Assembly: GCA_032718475.1 (NCBI GenBank) | Contig: JAUCBJ010008933.1 | Location: 1 to 50,045 of the forward strand | Direction of reading: 5' to 3' | DNA: 50,045 nt | Origin: Nemertoderma westbladi | Lineage: Eukaryota; Animalia; Xenacoelomorpha | Shown: positions 32,512 to 46,657 of the stretch, piece by piece | Layout of the letters: each line of letters begins with the position of its first letter | Position numbering within the stretch: position 1 is the stretch's first letter | The notes under the pieces: model-generated | Told to the model about the DNA's origin: nothing | Databases searched by the model: none | The model's input: only the letters and a program-made list of their open reading frames with translations | Program-made: the position numbers and the translations under genes

Positions 32512-32777
32512 GTGCTTCGTTCCTGTCAGACACTATTAGACCCCGTTGTATATAATTTTAGCTCGATGGTGTGCTTCGTTCCTGTCAGACACTATTAGAC
32601 CCCGTTGTATATAATTTTAGCTCGATGGTGTGCTTCGTTCCTGTCAGACACTATTAGACCCCGTTGTATATAATTTTAGCTCGATGGTGTGCTTCGTTCC
32701 TGTCAGACACTATTAGACCCCGTTGTATATAATTTTAGCTCGATGGTGTGCTTCGTTCCTGTCAGACACTATTAGAC
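32512..32777 (+). repeat. 59-bp tandem repeat, 4.5 identical copies
   Basis: GTGCTTCGTTCCTGTCAGACACTATTAGAC at 32512, 32571, 32630, 32689, 32748. Confidence 0.95.
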
Positions 32778-32823
32778 GACTTAGAGGTCAGCAGCAGGAT
32801 ATGTCCAGGGATTCTTCAACTCC

Positions 32824-35558
32824 TTGGAACGACTAGAAGAGCATTTATTCCAACAACCAAAAGGACCTCAAGAGCAGGGAGAGCTGCTTTATCAAGTGCG
32901 AGAACGTATCTTGCGGATCAGATTAATCCTTTCAGCCTTTGAGGAAGCCTCGAAGAGAAGCCAAGACACGTCGTTGCAAGTGGCTGTAAAGACTTGGTTC
33001 CAACGAGTGAATGTTAAAGTCCAGGGAACAACACAATGGAGGGTTCAGCTAACTGAACGAGCTACCCACGGAGAATCAACAGATGCCACCTTTTCTCATG
33101 TGGAAGGCGAAGCGATATCCGGAAAACCTCAAAAGAAGGATGCTATTGACATCTATCTGTCGGATTATCAACGATTTATAGGTGACAAAGAGCTAAGAAG
33201 ACGGCTAGCTGGAATTCATCCCAATAGTGAGGGAGCCAAATTCGGGTTGGACTCTTTAGATGCGGAAATATTAGCTGCGGAGGAGGCTAAATTTGCTGAA
33301 AGCATCCTCATCGTAATGGACCAAGAAGAACAAATAAAGAAAAGGCAAATAGAAGATCGAAAGTTAGCAGCAGCGGCGGCAGCGGCAGCGGCAGTGGCAG
33401 AGGCCGAAAGAAAAGCGGTAGCAGCAGCGGCAGTGGCAGAAGCAGAACGATGAGCATCTGAAGCGACAACCCAACTAGAGTTGGAGAATCTTCAGGCGAA
33501 ACAAGATTACTTAAATAAACAGAGAGCAGCTACTCAGATGCAACTACTGAGTCGATCTACTCCCAGAAGACAGGGATTTACCTCCTCTGATGAAGGTGAT
33601 ACAACGGATCCCGAGGGTAAAGGTAATAAATCTCGTTCAAGTGGATGTAGAAGAGCGCCACACCGGCAGAAGTACCTAATTTGCCTCCTGTGGTGAGAAG
33701 GCAACTAGCTAATGCAGACTTAAGTCATCAAGAACCTACAGACCAAATTATTAGAGTAGAAAGACTCCTTACTATAGTAGATGAGCCCGAAATAATTAGG
33801 CCTGTTAGCGAAGCCACTCCTATGATAGAGACCCCTGTACTTCCAGAACCTAACTCTAAATTCCCTTTGCACAGTACTAAACTACCTGTGCCCAGTAGAC
33901 AACTGACGGAATCCCAAACAGTCCTAGACGCCGAACAAGACATTATCAACAAACTGTCTCCCGTCGTCCCGATGTGCCATCCAGCTACTAAGTTGGCATC
34001 TCCCGCCTCCGCGGTTGAGTGGGTGGACGAGGGACGACGGGGGATGGAATGGCTGCTCGGGCAGCTGGAAGGTAACAAAAACAAATCTTCCGAGCAAGTC
34101 CGAGAATTGGAAGGGACTGTTCAACTGTTAAAGGGAACAGTAAGAGAGAGTAGGTTAGAGCTGCAAGAAGTACAACAAAGTATCGCTTTAGAGCGCGATA
34201 AATTAGTAAATATGCAAATGGGTATACCACCACCCCATGTAACAATGTGTCAGCCCATTAGGTCTGAAGTATTTCATGCGCAAGGTGTGGAGCCTACACA
34301 CATCTATACTGCTAGCGAAGTAGAAACTCCTATAGTAAACCCTATTAAGGGTAATTATAAGACTGTTGATAATGATATCCCATACAGATCTGATCATAAT
34401 CCGAGAAATTTATATACCGATAATTCGATATTAAATAATACGATGGCTCAAGAAAGTTTTACACGTCAGATGGCTAGAACGGAAGCCCGTCAAGCAGTAA
34501 AGGTAGGAGAGGTCGTCAAGTTCAATGGAGATGAGATGAAATGGTTACTTTTTAATGAATATTATAAAGATATCATACAGAACTCTGTACTATCTAACGG
34601 AGAGAAACTTCGATTCCTCATCAAGTGCTTGGAAGGACCTCCCAAGTTAATGGCGTTAAAGTTTATTGGACATCCAGACGGATTAAGACAAGTTTGGGAT
34701 ACACTAAACATCAGGTATGGTAATAGGACAAACATAGCTAGATATCTTTATGCGAAATTAATGGCGCCCAGAAAGTTTCTTAGCAGCGGGATTATAGAGT
34801 TTTCCGATGAGATTCAGGAGATCTGTAAACAGCTAGACTGGTTGGGTAAGTCTCATGAATACCAGAATTCTATGGTTGTAGGAGCTGTAGCATCAACTTT
34901 GCCAAAGGGTGGAGTAGGTACTCGCTGGGACAAAAAGGTTCTCTATCTGATGGACCAACAACATAGAGATCCAACCATGGCGGACCTTCTGTCATTCTTA
35001 AACAGAGAGGTAAGATTACAACTCCTAAAACAGTCTAGAGAGAAGACTCTGGAAAGTAAGGTAAGTGAAAAAGCCGTTACTATGAAAGAGGTAACACCAG
35101 TGTGTTATACGGACACCGAAAGATCTTATTATGTCAATAAAGTTAGGAAAGACGTAAGTAAATCTAAGTCTCAAACCAGTGGCAGGAGAGAACAGGTAAC
35201 AACTCCCCCTATGTCTCCTAAGAGAATTCATGGAAGAAAGCCTGAAGAAAGAACAAGTGTGCACAACACAACGCAGGTTAAGGTAAGTAACATCAAACCT
35301 AAATGTGTATTGTGCGACGGGCCACATGGCTTGAGTGGGTGTGATGAATTCTTAAAGAAATCCCTGAAGGATAGGCGTGACGTCATGTGGGATAAGCGGT
35401 TGTGTTATAATTGCCTCAGACGAGGACATCAACGACGGACCTGTTATTCGGACGCAAGGTGTGCGAAGTGCGGCGCGAAACATCATATCTTGCTGCACAC
35501 CGAATTTGACAGAACCTGTACGAGTCAGGTAAGTGAGCCCGAATGTCCAATTCAGTGA
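32824..35558 (+). pseudogene. gag: BEL/Pao Gag (stop at 33451-33453, frameshift ~33690)
   Basis: KFNGDEMKWLLF..LSNGEKLRFL..RYG capsid-like block; triple zinc knuckle CVLC..H..C, CYNCLRRGHQRRTC, CAKCGAKHHILLH. Confidence 0.88.
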
Positions 35559-38500
35559 TGTGAACGACACTGACCATAGTTCGGAGATGGAAGGATTCTA
35601 CATGGATGAATTCTCCGACGAAAATGAATCCTGTTATATGATCAACACAGCTGTGTATCGAGCACTTACATACGAGACAGAAACAGATGGAGAAGATCCT
35701 CTACTGCCTATTCCAGAAAGACCGCTCTCTGGTAAAGCGCCAACTTCATCTGTAGGTATCCGAGAATTCCCGGTGATGCAACTGAGGGTCCATGGGATAG
35801 GGAAGAGCTTGATAGTAAACGCCCTCCTTGACTCCGGCAGTACAGGCGCCTTCATCGACAAGGATCTAGCCGAAGACATCTTTGATGGTCAACCAAAGTT
35901 CCGAACCAAACAGAATCTTTCTGGAATTATGCAGGTTTGGAAATCCACAGTAGCCACAGATTACTACGTGGGAGCGTTGTGCACTCCCCAGGATGAACTA
36001 GGAGAAAATAGTGTAAGGTCGGTCAAGATGGTGGCGATAAAGAACTTTGCTACTAGCCAAGTGGAGCCTTACAACTGGGATGAAGATCATTTTACAAAGC
36101 AACACAACATACCTAGATTCAGGACCGATTATCCAGGGGTACAGATTTTACTCGGCCAAAATGCGCACGAGGCGCTTGAGACATTAGAAAAATGGCCTGC
36201 TCGACCGCGACCACTCCAGACGTATGCGGGAAGAACAAGAGTAGGTTGGTACTTCACTGGACCTTCCCATAGGACCTTACTGGAAAGACTCCCAAGTGAA
36301 CGAGTCCACCAGGTGAGTGAATGGCAGGAAGATATAAGTGAAGAAGAAATCCCAGCTGATGAAACCCCATACTCCTCAGATAACGACGACATAAGCAACC
36401 TCTACGACGAGGAAAATACCATTGATCTCCTCACTGCGAACCAAACTTGGCTAAACCAAGTCAACCTATGTCACCTTATCAACCAACATGGTGAACAATT
36501 TACCTATAACGATGAATTAAACGAAGTGATAGATCGATATAATAACAAAATCCGCGATGAACACGCCGTACGATTCTTTACTCAAGAAGCCGTAGAGCCT
36601 AATTCCTACGACAAAGCCTTGTCTGTCGAGGAAGAGAGAGCCAAGCAGATTCCGGAAACGACTACATGTTATCTGAAGGAAGAAGGTCGCTATGAGATTG
36701 GTCTTCCGTTCCGACGGAGAGAACCCAGCTTCGTAAATAACCGACCTTTAGCGGAAAAAAGAATCGCTCAACTACATCGGCGTCTGACGTCTAACATTCA
36801 AGCCAGGGAAATGTATAAAACCCAACTGAAGAAATTTATAGATAAGGGATACGCGGAGCGAGTTCCGGAAGAAACACCCATAACGGAGAGAACGTATTAT
36901 CTAACACATCATTACGTTCCCAAGCACGGTAAACCCAACGAAGTCCGGGTAGTGTTTGACGGCTCCGCCCTTTACATGGGTCAATCCCTGAATACTGAAC
37001 TGTTGCCGGGACCCAACTTACTCCAATCTTTGTTGGGAATATTACTAAGACTGCGGCAATATTCGATCGCGTTCGCTTCGGACATCGAAAGCATGTTCCT
37101 ACAAGTAAAGGCGTTGGATAGGGAGCGAGACAGCCTACGATTTCTGTGGTGGCCTGAAGGAGACCTCAACCTAAAACCGGTGGAGTACTGAAGGACAATC
37201 CAGGCTTTCGGGATCATGTCGAGCCCCTCGAACGCTTGTTCGGTACTGCGTACCACTGCCGATGACAATCGAGATGCCTTCTCTAAAGCGGTTATCGACA
37301 ACATCAAACGGGATATTTACATGGATGACAATTTAAAGTCCCTTCCATCGGTGGAAGAAGCGATAAATGTTGATAATGGAACGGTTGAGTGCTTACGACG
37401 AGGTGGATTTCGCCTAACCAAATTCACTAGTACCTCCCGTGAGTTCCGGGAATTGATACCAGTAGAAGACCGAAGTGTTAAAAGACCTGGACCTCATTAA
37501 GGACGATCTTCCAGAAACCAAGACTCTTGGATTAAAATGGGACACGGAGAGAGACATTCTATTCTTTCAGTTAAAACAACGAGATAATCCAGTTAGAACT
37601 AAATGGATTTGTTTAAGTATCCTGAGCACTTATTTCGATCCATTGGGATATATTAGCCCAGTCATATTAGTTGCTCGGAGCTTAGTACAACAAATGTGGC
37701 TCGAAAAACACTCGTGGGATGATCCACTTAAGGGAGAACTGCTAAAGAAGTGGATGAAATGGGAAGATTATCTACCATCCATCGAGAACTTTAAGATTTC
37801 CCGTTCATATTTTGGTCACGTTCTCCCCACATATGCCTATCAACTCCATGTGTTTGGAGACGCCAGCGATTTGGGAATAGGTATAGTAGCCTACCTGAGG
37901 GTTGAAACTCCGGATGGAATTAAGGTTGCATTGGTCGCCTCTAAGGCCCTAATAAACAACAAACTACGAGTTCCTAGAGCGGAGTTAAAGGCGGATCTAT
38001 ACGCTACAGCCATCGGCCGGAATGTAACAGAACAGATCGACTATCCACTTGAGAAAACTGTCTATTGGACTGATGCTTTACTCGTTCTGGAGTATATAAC
38101 AAATGAAGTCTGTCAGTTCAGCGTCTTCATTACCAAAAGAGTAGCCATTACACTTAGTCGCTCTAATACGGATCAATGGAGACATTGCCCTGGGACGATT
38201 AATCCAGCTGACCTCGCTTCCAGAGGAGCAACTCCTCAAGAGTTGATAGATACTTCAGACTGGTTAGGTGGACCCGACTTCCTGAGTAAAGAAGAGGAGA
38301 ATGGCTCCCTCATCTCACTACCGCAGAGATTAGACAAGCCAAGGGAGCGGAGAAAGTCAAACCTAAAACCCGGACGAGTAAATCAAAGTTATTTAAACCC
38401 GTGATAGATCTGTCTGTACTACACGCCTCTGGTGACGACGCCATAGATCTAAACATACCCACGGATGTTACGAGAAATACGAATAAATCCGTTATAGAGA

Positions 38501-40206
38501 TCAGGGAAAGAGACTGGAAATCTGGAACACCAGACGTCTCCCCTCTCCTACAAAGAGCAATAGATCATTATAGCTCCTGGAATCGGCTTTGCAAGGCCGT
38601 TGTGTACCTGAAAAGATGTTTCCATCATCACTATTCCAGGATGAAGATCGCTAGTGATACTGCTCCAATAGTATCTGAAAAGGTCCATGCTATTAAAGAC
38701 CTTCCCGTTTACAGAGTGTCTGATAGGTTTCTGACTGAGAAGATCAGTTACCAAGAACATGATGATACCAATAAGCAGATACTGAGACCCCTGCAATGCT
38801 ATGAAGATTCCGATAAGTATTTCCTGTTGTTGAGAAATCCACAGATGCGCTTAAGGGATCGTTTCTCTAGCACAATGATAGATGTATTAATACGTGTCGG
38901 AGGGAGATTAACTAATGCTCCATTGTCCTTTGACACTAAGTTTCCCATACTCATTAGAAATCTTGAAATACAAATCAAGATGATTGTAGATGTTCACAGT
39001 AGACTTTACCATGCTGGTAGAGAACGAGTTCTTAGCGAAATTCGAACTCGCTATTATTTCCATAAGCCCTGTAGAGCTCTAAACCAAGTTCTTAGGAACT
39101 GTATACCCTGCAGGAAAGCATTTAGTAGGCCTTTAACACAGCGCGAGGCAGAATTACCTAGGGAACGAGTAAGCTTCTATGAACCACCCTTTACTAATAC
39201 TGGTGTGGATTTATTTGGCCCTATTGAAGTATATCGTGCTAGGACTATAGTCAAGCGATGGTGTGTCATCTTTGTCTGTATGACTTGTAGAGCGATTCAT
39301 CTAGATATGGTGAACAATCTATCTACCAACAGCTTCATACTGAGTTTACGCCGACAGATCGCTCGTTTTGGAACTAGCAACACTATAAGATCCGACAAAG
39401 GAACAAACTTCATTGGCGCCAATAATGAGATCAAAGCTTACGTGAAAGATTGGAACCAAAGACAGGTGGACGATCAGCTAAGGGTAACAGCATCTAGCTG
39501 GACCTTCAACGCCGCCAACGCCCCTTGGTGGGGAGGAAGTTGGGAGAGACTAATACGAAGCGTGAAGACCGCATTTCACTTTATAGTGCCGTTCCGCGCG
39601 TATCTCACCGATGAACTTTTGCGGACGTTAATGGAAGAAATCGTCGCCTATCTTAACGAGAGACCGCTTATGCCAGTCTCATCGAGTCCCGACTTCCTAG
39701 AAGCGCTAACACCAGCGCATTTCCTACTAAAGAAACCTGTAGCCATGCTCCCGCAATCGGAAATCACGGACGGAGATGAATACTGCCGACAAACTTGGCA
39801 ACTTATGCAGTTATTATCCTGTTGTTTTGCTGACCATTTCGAAAAACATTATCTTCCTAAGCTACAACTTCGAACAAAGTGGTTTGCGCAGCAAGAAAAC
39901 GTCAGCGCCGGAGACATGGTTCTTATCGTGGAATCAGATCTTCCACGTAAGAGGTGGCAGACAGGTCGTATCATCGAGACTCATATATCCGATGATGGTT
40001 TAGTGCAATCGATAGAACTCATCGTCATGCGACGTAACTTTAAGAAACCTGGAATTGTATTCGAAACACAACAACTTAATCACCCAGTTGGTCGTTTATG
40101 TTTACTGGAAAGAGACCGAGAGTTGTCTGGTAACTATGGAAGGCAAGAGACTCTTCCCACGACCACCTCCCTAATCCAACAAACGTCTAGGGACTCCCCA
40201 ACGTAA
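35533..40206 (+). pseudogene. pol: BEL/Pao Pol (protease, RT, RNase H, integrase) with stops and frameshifts
   Basis: LLDSGS; RVVFDGS, DIESMFLQV, YMDD; HVFGDAS, YWTD, NPADLASRG; H..H..CIPC, GVDLFGP, SDKGTNF, GGSWERLI. Confidence 0.92.
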
Positions 40207-40757
40207 CAGTGTTAGGAGTGGGTGTGTGACTACATTATTTTATTTATTTTTATTTTTATATTTATGTACGTATTATTATGTAATTTTATTATATAATCGT
40301 TTTCTTTAGTTTTATTTAGTAGAATAATATTTTAGAGATTATTCAGTAGATTAGTGCAATATATTCGTGTTTTATTACTTAATTACTTAGTATAATATAT
40401 TTCTTTTAACGGCGAGAAATAATTCATTTTCTCTTTCCTTACTGTCCGTATCATACTATAAAAACATGACTACAGTAAGATGAAATGTCCATACTTATTA
40501 AAAGTACAATATACCGCCCCTACTATACTCAAGTATTATTGGTAAGTAGAGTATTAGGAATGCAAAGTTCAGATCCTCGTGTCTCGGCTAAACCAAGCTC
40601 TGGGTATACCTTAGAAACGACTTGCCTCTTCTCACTGACATTGCTTCTTGCAATATTGCTCTCATACCGTATATTAAATAATACATATAGTAGAATGATG
40701 TCCATTTAACAGTAGTATTGAAGCTCAAAATATTAACAAATATTAATAGTATTAATG

Positions 40758-41160
40758 AAATCTATTAAATAAATCTGTTGAACCCTTTGACCATCTGAAA
40801 TTCTAGTCGATTAAGATATCACGGCACCCACCGATATACTTGAAAGACAAAATTCTAGAATCAGTGGTTAACGTCCCCAGACATGTTCTGGAATAAATCG
40901 GTGCCCATCTTAAATATTAAATATGTACTAAATATTTATTACGTTTGTTAAAACAAATGTTAAAATAGAGGAAATGCTAACAAATTGACTCTAGAAAATC
41001 TATAAATCAAAATCTGTTAAAAATTTCGATCCTCTATAATTCTAGTCGATTAAGGTATCGTAGTACTTACCGATACTCTTAAAAGACAAATTTCTGGAAT
41101 TAAGGATCCTAGTTCCCAGCTATGTTCTGGAATAAAATTGTATCTATTTTAATATCAAAT
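40758..41160 (+). repeat. Diverged ~240-bp tandem duplication with conserved stems
   Basis: AATTCTAGTCGATTAAG...AAAGACAAA.TTCT.GAAT...CCCAG..ATGTTCTGGAATAAA at ~40799 and ~41038. Confidence 0.75.
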
Positions 41161-41957
41161 AATAAAATTCACGGGAATAAATTTTAAATTCATATCCTCT
41201 CATGAATTTGATAAATTGTCATTTTATACAATTTATAACATTCCCAAAATTCCATTAATTAATAGATCATGGGAGCGGAGATTCATCCTATTGAGTGTAT
41301 TAGAGTGCGAGAATCTCCAATATATAGTCAATAGCCGATAAAATTCATAAAATCATGTATAAAGGGAATAATGACAATTAAAGAATCACTATTAAATAGC
41401 ATCCCAGATCTGTATGCATGAGAATTACTCTAATTCTACCGCTAGCTTTCCATAATGTCACCATAGCAACAACCACGCTAGAATTAGAAGTGAGTTAAAA
41501 GAACAATAGAAAGCTTGCCCCATTGAATAGCATGCGGAATAAATAGCACCTTGCTAGTATCCAGGGATACATAATAATAACGTGGCATTCTGGAAGGCAT
41601 TTGACTAAGGACAAATGGCCCGAATTTGTACAAATTGTGAAAGGAATGTGGAATTTGTGTATTTATAGGTGAATGTTACTACTAAAGTGTGTTTACAGTA
41701 GCGAGTCGCAGTTGTGAAAGTTACCCTGCCTCTATAGCAAGTACCTCCAGTATATCTAAGCCCTTGGGACGGACAGTGGAGTGACTCGCGCTGGTTATTG
41801 TTGTCATTGTGTAGCTACTACGTTGGCGAGAGGCACAGCGACGACAGTGCATCAGCGCTGAGGATCTTGCGCTGTCCGGGGGCACTGAGGGGGAGGCAGC
41901 GACGACCGCTGGCCTAATTATTATCAATTATAATATCGATAAACTCATATAGCAGCT

Positions 41958-43751
41958 ATGACTGAGTTGATAGAAGATGATCTTGGTATCAGGGAGCGAT
42001 ATACCCCACCATTGCAAGCGTTTGTTGATAGCTTAATAAGCGGCGGCGCTAGTCAACATACTACGGAAGACGATGGCCGTTATATCGAACCGCCAATGTC
42101 AAAGGAACAGCTCCAGCGTGAATTGGACTATAGAAAATTCACCGCTCGCTATACGCATCGTAATGGTACGTATATGGACTTCTTAACTACTGGTCATCCT
42201 ATCGATTTACATGATACGGACGATGTAGACACCGAAAGGGAAATGATTCTATTTAAGTATCATACCCAGCGGAGTCGGAATGATAAACTGAGAATCGAAC
42301 ATGAAAATTCTATTCGAAACCGACTCGAAAGAGAAGATGTTGAAGAGCCGGATAAACGCAGTGACTTCAACGAATATTTTGAATTCTTGAGAGAAACATA
42401 TCTAAATTTAGCCAGTCAACAAAATCTAGAAACTCGATATCCTCAAGGTATACATCATAACCCTATGATAGAACTCAAACGACTCTATTTCACTATGATG
42501 TATCTTACCGCCGATCAACCGCTACCTGTTGTACCGGATAGCTTCGAACAGATGGAGGAATATTGTAAAACTGGAGAAAGATCACCAGCGTTTCCCCTAC
42601 AAGACGTGCGTCTTTGGTATTACTGCGATGAATGCCCTAGACCCAACCAACAAACGGAAAGACATAAACATCCGCGGAGACGTTGCGCTAAACACAGTTT
42701 TACTAGCTACACTTACGGGAGTTTCGAGCGAAACTTGTTCGACGTATCACCTACGCTCGCTCGACTCAAACGATCCTTAAATAAACCTATGATCAGAGTT
42801 CCGGAATACTCGGTCAGACCTCCTCATTCCCTGGTGAGACCTCGGGCTCTTGATCCTAATAGTATGACGGATCCTCCTGAGTTGTATTCATTGTTCAAAG
42901 ATCTAGTGTTACCTGAACAATTAGTCGGTGGCACTCCGGTTGTGGGCTCTCTAGATATTCGCCCATCCTACCTAGCCGGATTGGGACGCGGACATCTAAT
43001 ATCGCCGTTCAAACCATATAATCGTCCCGGTTTAACCCCGATACAACCTGTCACCGAAGTGGAGGAGAGCGTTGTACGAAATGCGTTAGACGCTATTCGA
43101 AAAAAGATCTGAAAAGGAACCTACGATTGTTTAGATAAATGTAAATTGCAGCAGCAAGTCCAAGCGGTAAAGGAATTGGCTTTACCCCAGTTCGATCGGG
43201 AAATCCAGAATCTCGAAGAAGATATCGAACTTGGACGAACATACTCTCTACAAGAGTTTTTGGACGAACGCTTCCAACGAGAAGCGGAGGAAAATCAGCT
43301 CGAGGAGAAGCACATCGAAATGGATGAAAGAGAAGTAGCGGCTTTAGCCTAGCCAGAAGCTCAAATCCTTATGACTGATCTCTATTCCAAAACCATCATT
43401 CATCCTTCGATGGTTCCCCATTTCGGAGACAAACTCTTCGCCATGGTACAACCCCAACCGGTTGATATCAACTTAAGATCTAGAGATCTTATCGCTGACG
43501 CTCCTATGTTACAACGTCCGCCAATCGAGGCCGCTCGTGTCGACGGTATACTCGTTGAACCTCCGGACAATCGAGCGGATCTTGTCCGTCATATGGTAAA
43601 CAAGGTCAACCTACGCGCTAGACCTTTACCGAACTCATTTTATGGGATCAAAGACCACCCCTATTATGTCAATTTAACTCAATATTATATGGTGAAACCG
43701 GAAGATCCTACATACAGTTTAAAGTTTCTACCATTGATAAATCTAAAATAG
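41958..43751 (+). pseudogene. Extra ORF of unknown function, ~597 codons, two in-frame stops
   Basis: ORFs 41958-43112, 43146-43352 and 43371-43751 are all in one frame; Cys/His cluster WYYCDEC...HKHPRRRCAKH. Confidence 0.65.
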
Positions 43752-44740
43752 CCCTAAAATTATTCAACTACGCGTCAGAAAGGAATTGGAACCAGGATGA
43801 CGAAATCTGTCAGCTGATTCTTTGTGTACGTGGAAGTTCTTTGTTCTGTCTTATTCAGCCAACCAGAGCGATTTTCACTTTACGGCTAACAGAACCCTAT
43901 CTAAGAAACTCGCAATGCATTATGGTCTTTATTATTATTTCTGAGAATTAGAACCAACTCAGAACTCTGTGCTTCTGTACGGAAGTTTCAGACTTTAGTC
44001 TAGGAACATCTGATGGCCTTGGTTATAAGAACGTAAATCTATTAACTTGTCACCTGTATTTCATCTCACATTTGTATACATTACTTACTTAACTCATTTC
44101 ACCGCACTATTTTACTTCTGTTTTATAGTATTAATTGTTGTTATATTAATGGATGTTGATGATATATTTGGAGAATACCGATAAATAATCATAAAACCCT
44201 CAATCTTATTGATTACTGAGGTAAGAGGAATAGAGTCTACCGGTAGCAACTGCGAGTTAAATTATAGTGGTTTTGTGTGAATTAAATGCTATTTCATAAT
44301 CCCTACGTGTGTCAGTTGCAATCCTCCTTATATATGATCAAATTCAGTGACGGTCGGCAAATTAGTGTGAAGTAGTGTAAAGTCATGTGAAATAGTGTGA
44401 AGGTTAATAAAGCATCTCCTAAAGAATGCACTATTTACGAAACTCTGTGGCCATCTAGTTGTGATTAGTATAAGTCATAACTCTGTTTTTATACTTAAAG
44501 CGCCACGTCCTAAAGGAACTGTTAATATTTCCCCGAAAGTAAATATAGTTGTCAGAGATTATATAGTAGCGATCAATCGAATAATACAGTAGGTCTACAC
44601 TGCAATACTTCCCAAGGAATCCGAATCCAGTCTCCCACACCGTGGGTCATACGCCGCGCACGGACTGGATTCGGCAGATGTAACTTCAGTACACCAGGTA
44701 ATTGGTAAGGGCTAAAGTCGATTTATAAACAAGAGGACAA

Positions 44741-46657
44741 CTAAAATTGGCAGGTTAAACTGCTAAAGGTCTGAAAGCGCGAACACAGATCTTCACCCTT
44801 TGTGGTCGTCCTCATTGCGTAATCCAGCACAATTACAAATAGTAATGGTGCTAATGTTTCACCTTGCAGTACGCCAGCCAGGATTGAGAAAAACTCAGTT
44901 TCACCATCTGGTGAGAGTACCTGCGTTTCTGTGTCACAATATAGCAATCCAATGCCAGTAACAATTACTTCTGGTATTCCATAAGCTCTTAGAATTTCAA
45001 GCATTTTACCTCTATCTCAATACATTTCATTGTATATTTTGGCAGCTACCACAAGCAGATAGATCCCTCGATAGTTTGTTGGTATGCCGAGGTCTCCTTT
45101 CTTGGGGAGATGCTTTAGTTGACCTTTAGTCCAAATTGGTGGTGGCTTTTCCCCTTTTAACATCCGGTTGCAAACATTCAATAATGGTCTGTTTAGCACT
45201 CCGGTTTTCCATACCTCCGCTGGGATTTCATCTAATCCACTCGCTTTATTATTGGACATGCTTTTAATGCTTCTTTGGAGTTTGGCAGGTGTGAAGTCCC
45301 CTGTTTCTATAGGTAGTGTCTTGTCATATATTTTCCTTGTAGGGCTGACCTCGATGTTTGGTGGATGCCCAAGCAAGTTGCTGAAGTGATTTTTCCTCTT
45401 CCTAACACGTTCTTCAGGACTATCGGCTTTGAGGCGCCCCTTTGCACAACGTTTCCGACCAGATACCTCATTTACAGTTTGCCAGGTAAGTCTTGATTGT
45501 TGCTGTATGTGAGCAGTTGTAATAATTGCTTCAGTTTTATCCCGTATGTACTTTTCCTGGCTGATGTTGTAGGCCAATTTAAGATCGTCCTTAGCTTTCT
45601 CAACCTTGTTAATGTTTTCGGTTGTTGGTTGTTCGGTTTTAACTTTGTAGGCTATCTTAAGATCTTCTCTCTTACAAGTAACCTCAGAGTTTTGCCATGG
45701 CACATACTGTTTTCGTTTGGGTTTCTGGGGGATATGCCTCTTAGCTGATTCCTTGTGGGCTGTTATTATATTCTGGTATATTGAATCGGTGGATTGGTCT
45801 TCATCCATTGACTGAAGTGCTTCAAAGCGGTTTTGAACTTCTACTGTATAAGCATCCTTTACAGCATTGTCAGTTCTGAGTTTCTCCCAGTCATAGTTGA
45901 TTTGCTTGCTTGTCCTGGGTTTGCAGGCTCTCAAACTGAGTCTGATCTCTGCAGTCACAATTCTGTGGTCCGAACCAATTAGGTTGAACGAGCTGTATGC
46001 CTCGCAGTTGATCATGCTGTTTCTCCACTTTTTGTTTATAAGGATGTAATCCAGTTGTGCTTTGGTTCCATGTTGTTTGTTGGTATCAATTCACATTCTT
46101 TCATTAGGTCTAAAAGTAAGTACCCATTTCTGTTAGAACTGGTGTTATACAGTAGGTGTAACCCTTGATGTCTTCTGGGCCAATTTGCGCATTCAGGTCA
46201 CCAGAAATGACTTTAACATTGTGTTTCGGAATGTACTTAATAAGTCCAGTCAGTTCTTCATAAAACTTGACTGCTTGTTCTGGCTCTGAGGCATTGGTTG
46301 GACTGTAGCAGCATATAACTGTTGCCTTGGGATTCCCATCAAATGTTGCGATCATAACCCTGGAATTTATAGATTCGATGTTGTTTATGGTCTTAAGTAC
46401 AAATGGGCTTAGCAGAATTCTTAGCAGTTTCTTACTGCTGAGCTTGTTACTAACGTCCATCCATTTCCAATGTCATTGTACTTCATGGCAGTGACTTCAT
46501 GACAAATCCGATGTTCTTGGATGCAGATGATGTCGATGTTTATTCCATTGCCAGAGCGACCATGTCACCCTTTTTGGTAAGTGCTTTCAGCGTGCGTGCG
46601 TTCATTGTAGCAATCTTTGCTACAAATCTTGTATGTAATACTTGTTGTTCTGGTGAT
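44741..46657 (-). mobile_element. RTE-clade LINE (different family): endonuclease + partial RT, degenerate
   Basis: YSPT, GDLNA, SDH endonuclease motifs; PKKGDL..NYRGI, GVLQGETLAP. Its 5' part appears to continue at ~48296-48385 beyond the nested insertion. Confidence 0.85.

Larger units (their letters stand above)
32748..43790 (+). mobile_element. Second BEL/Pao retrotransposon, decayed, LTRs not found
   Basis: Full domain order Gag-PR-RT-RH-IN plus a downstream extra ORF; boundaries approximate. Confidence 0.85.

Noticed and set aside
35533-35558. Programmed gag-pol frameshift in the second BEL/Pao
   Set aside because: No slippery heptamer seen and the copy has several other disabling frameshifts, so it cannot be distinguished from decay.
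43797-44455. 3' LTR of the second BEL/Pao
   Set aside because: No matching 5' copy and no clear purine tract; short words shared with ~25380-25476 (ATGACGAAATC, CGATTTTCACTTTACG) suggest an unrelated repeat.
44620-44674. Hammerhead-like three-way junction on the minus strand (GTC ... CGTATGA ... GAGAC)
   Set aside because: The 12-bp stem is real, but the core deviates from CUGANGA and GAAA at essential positions, and it is a single copy.
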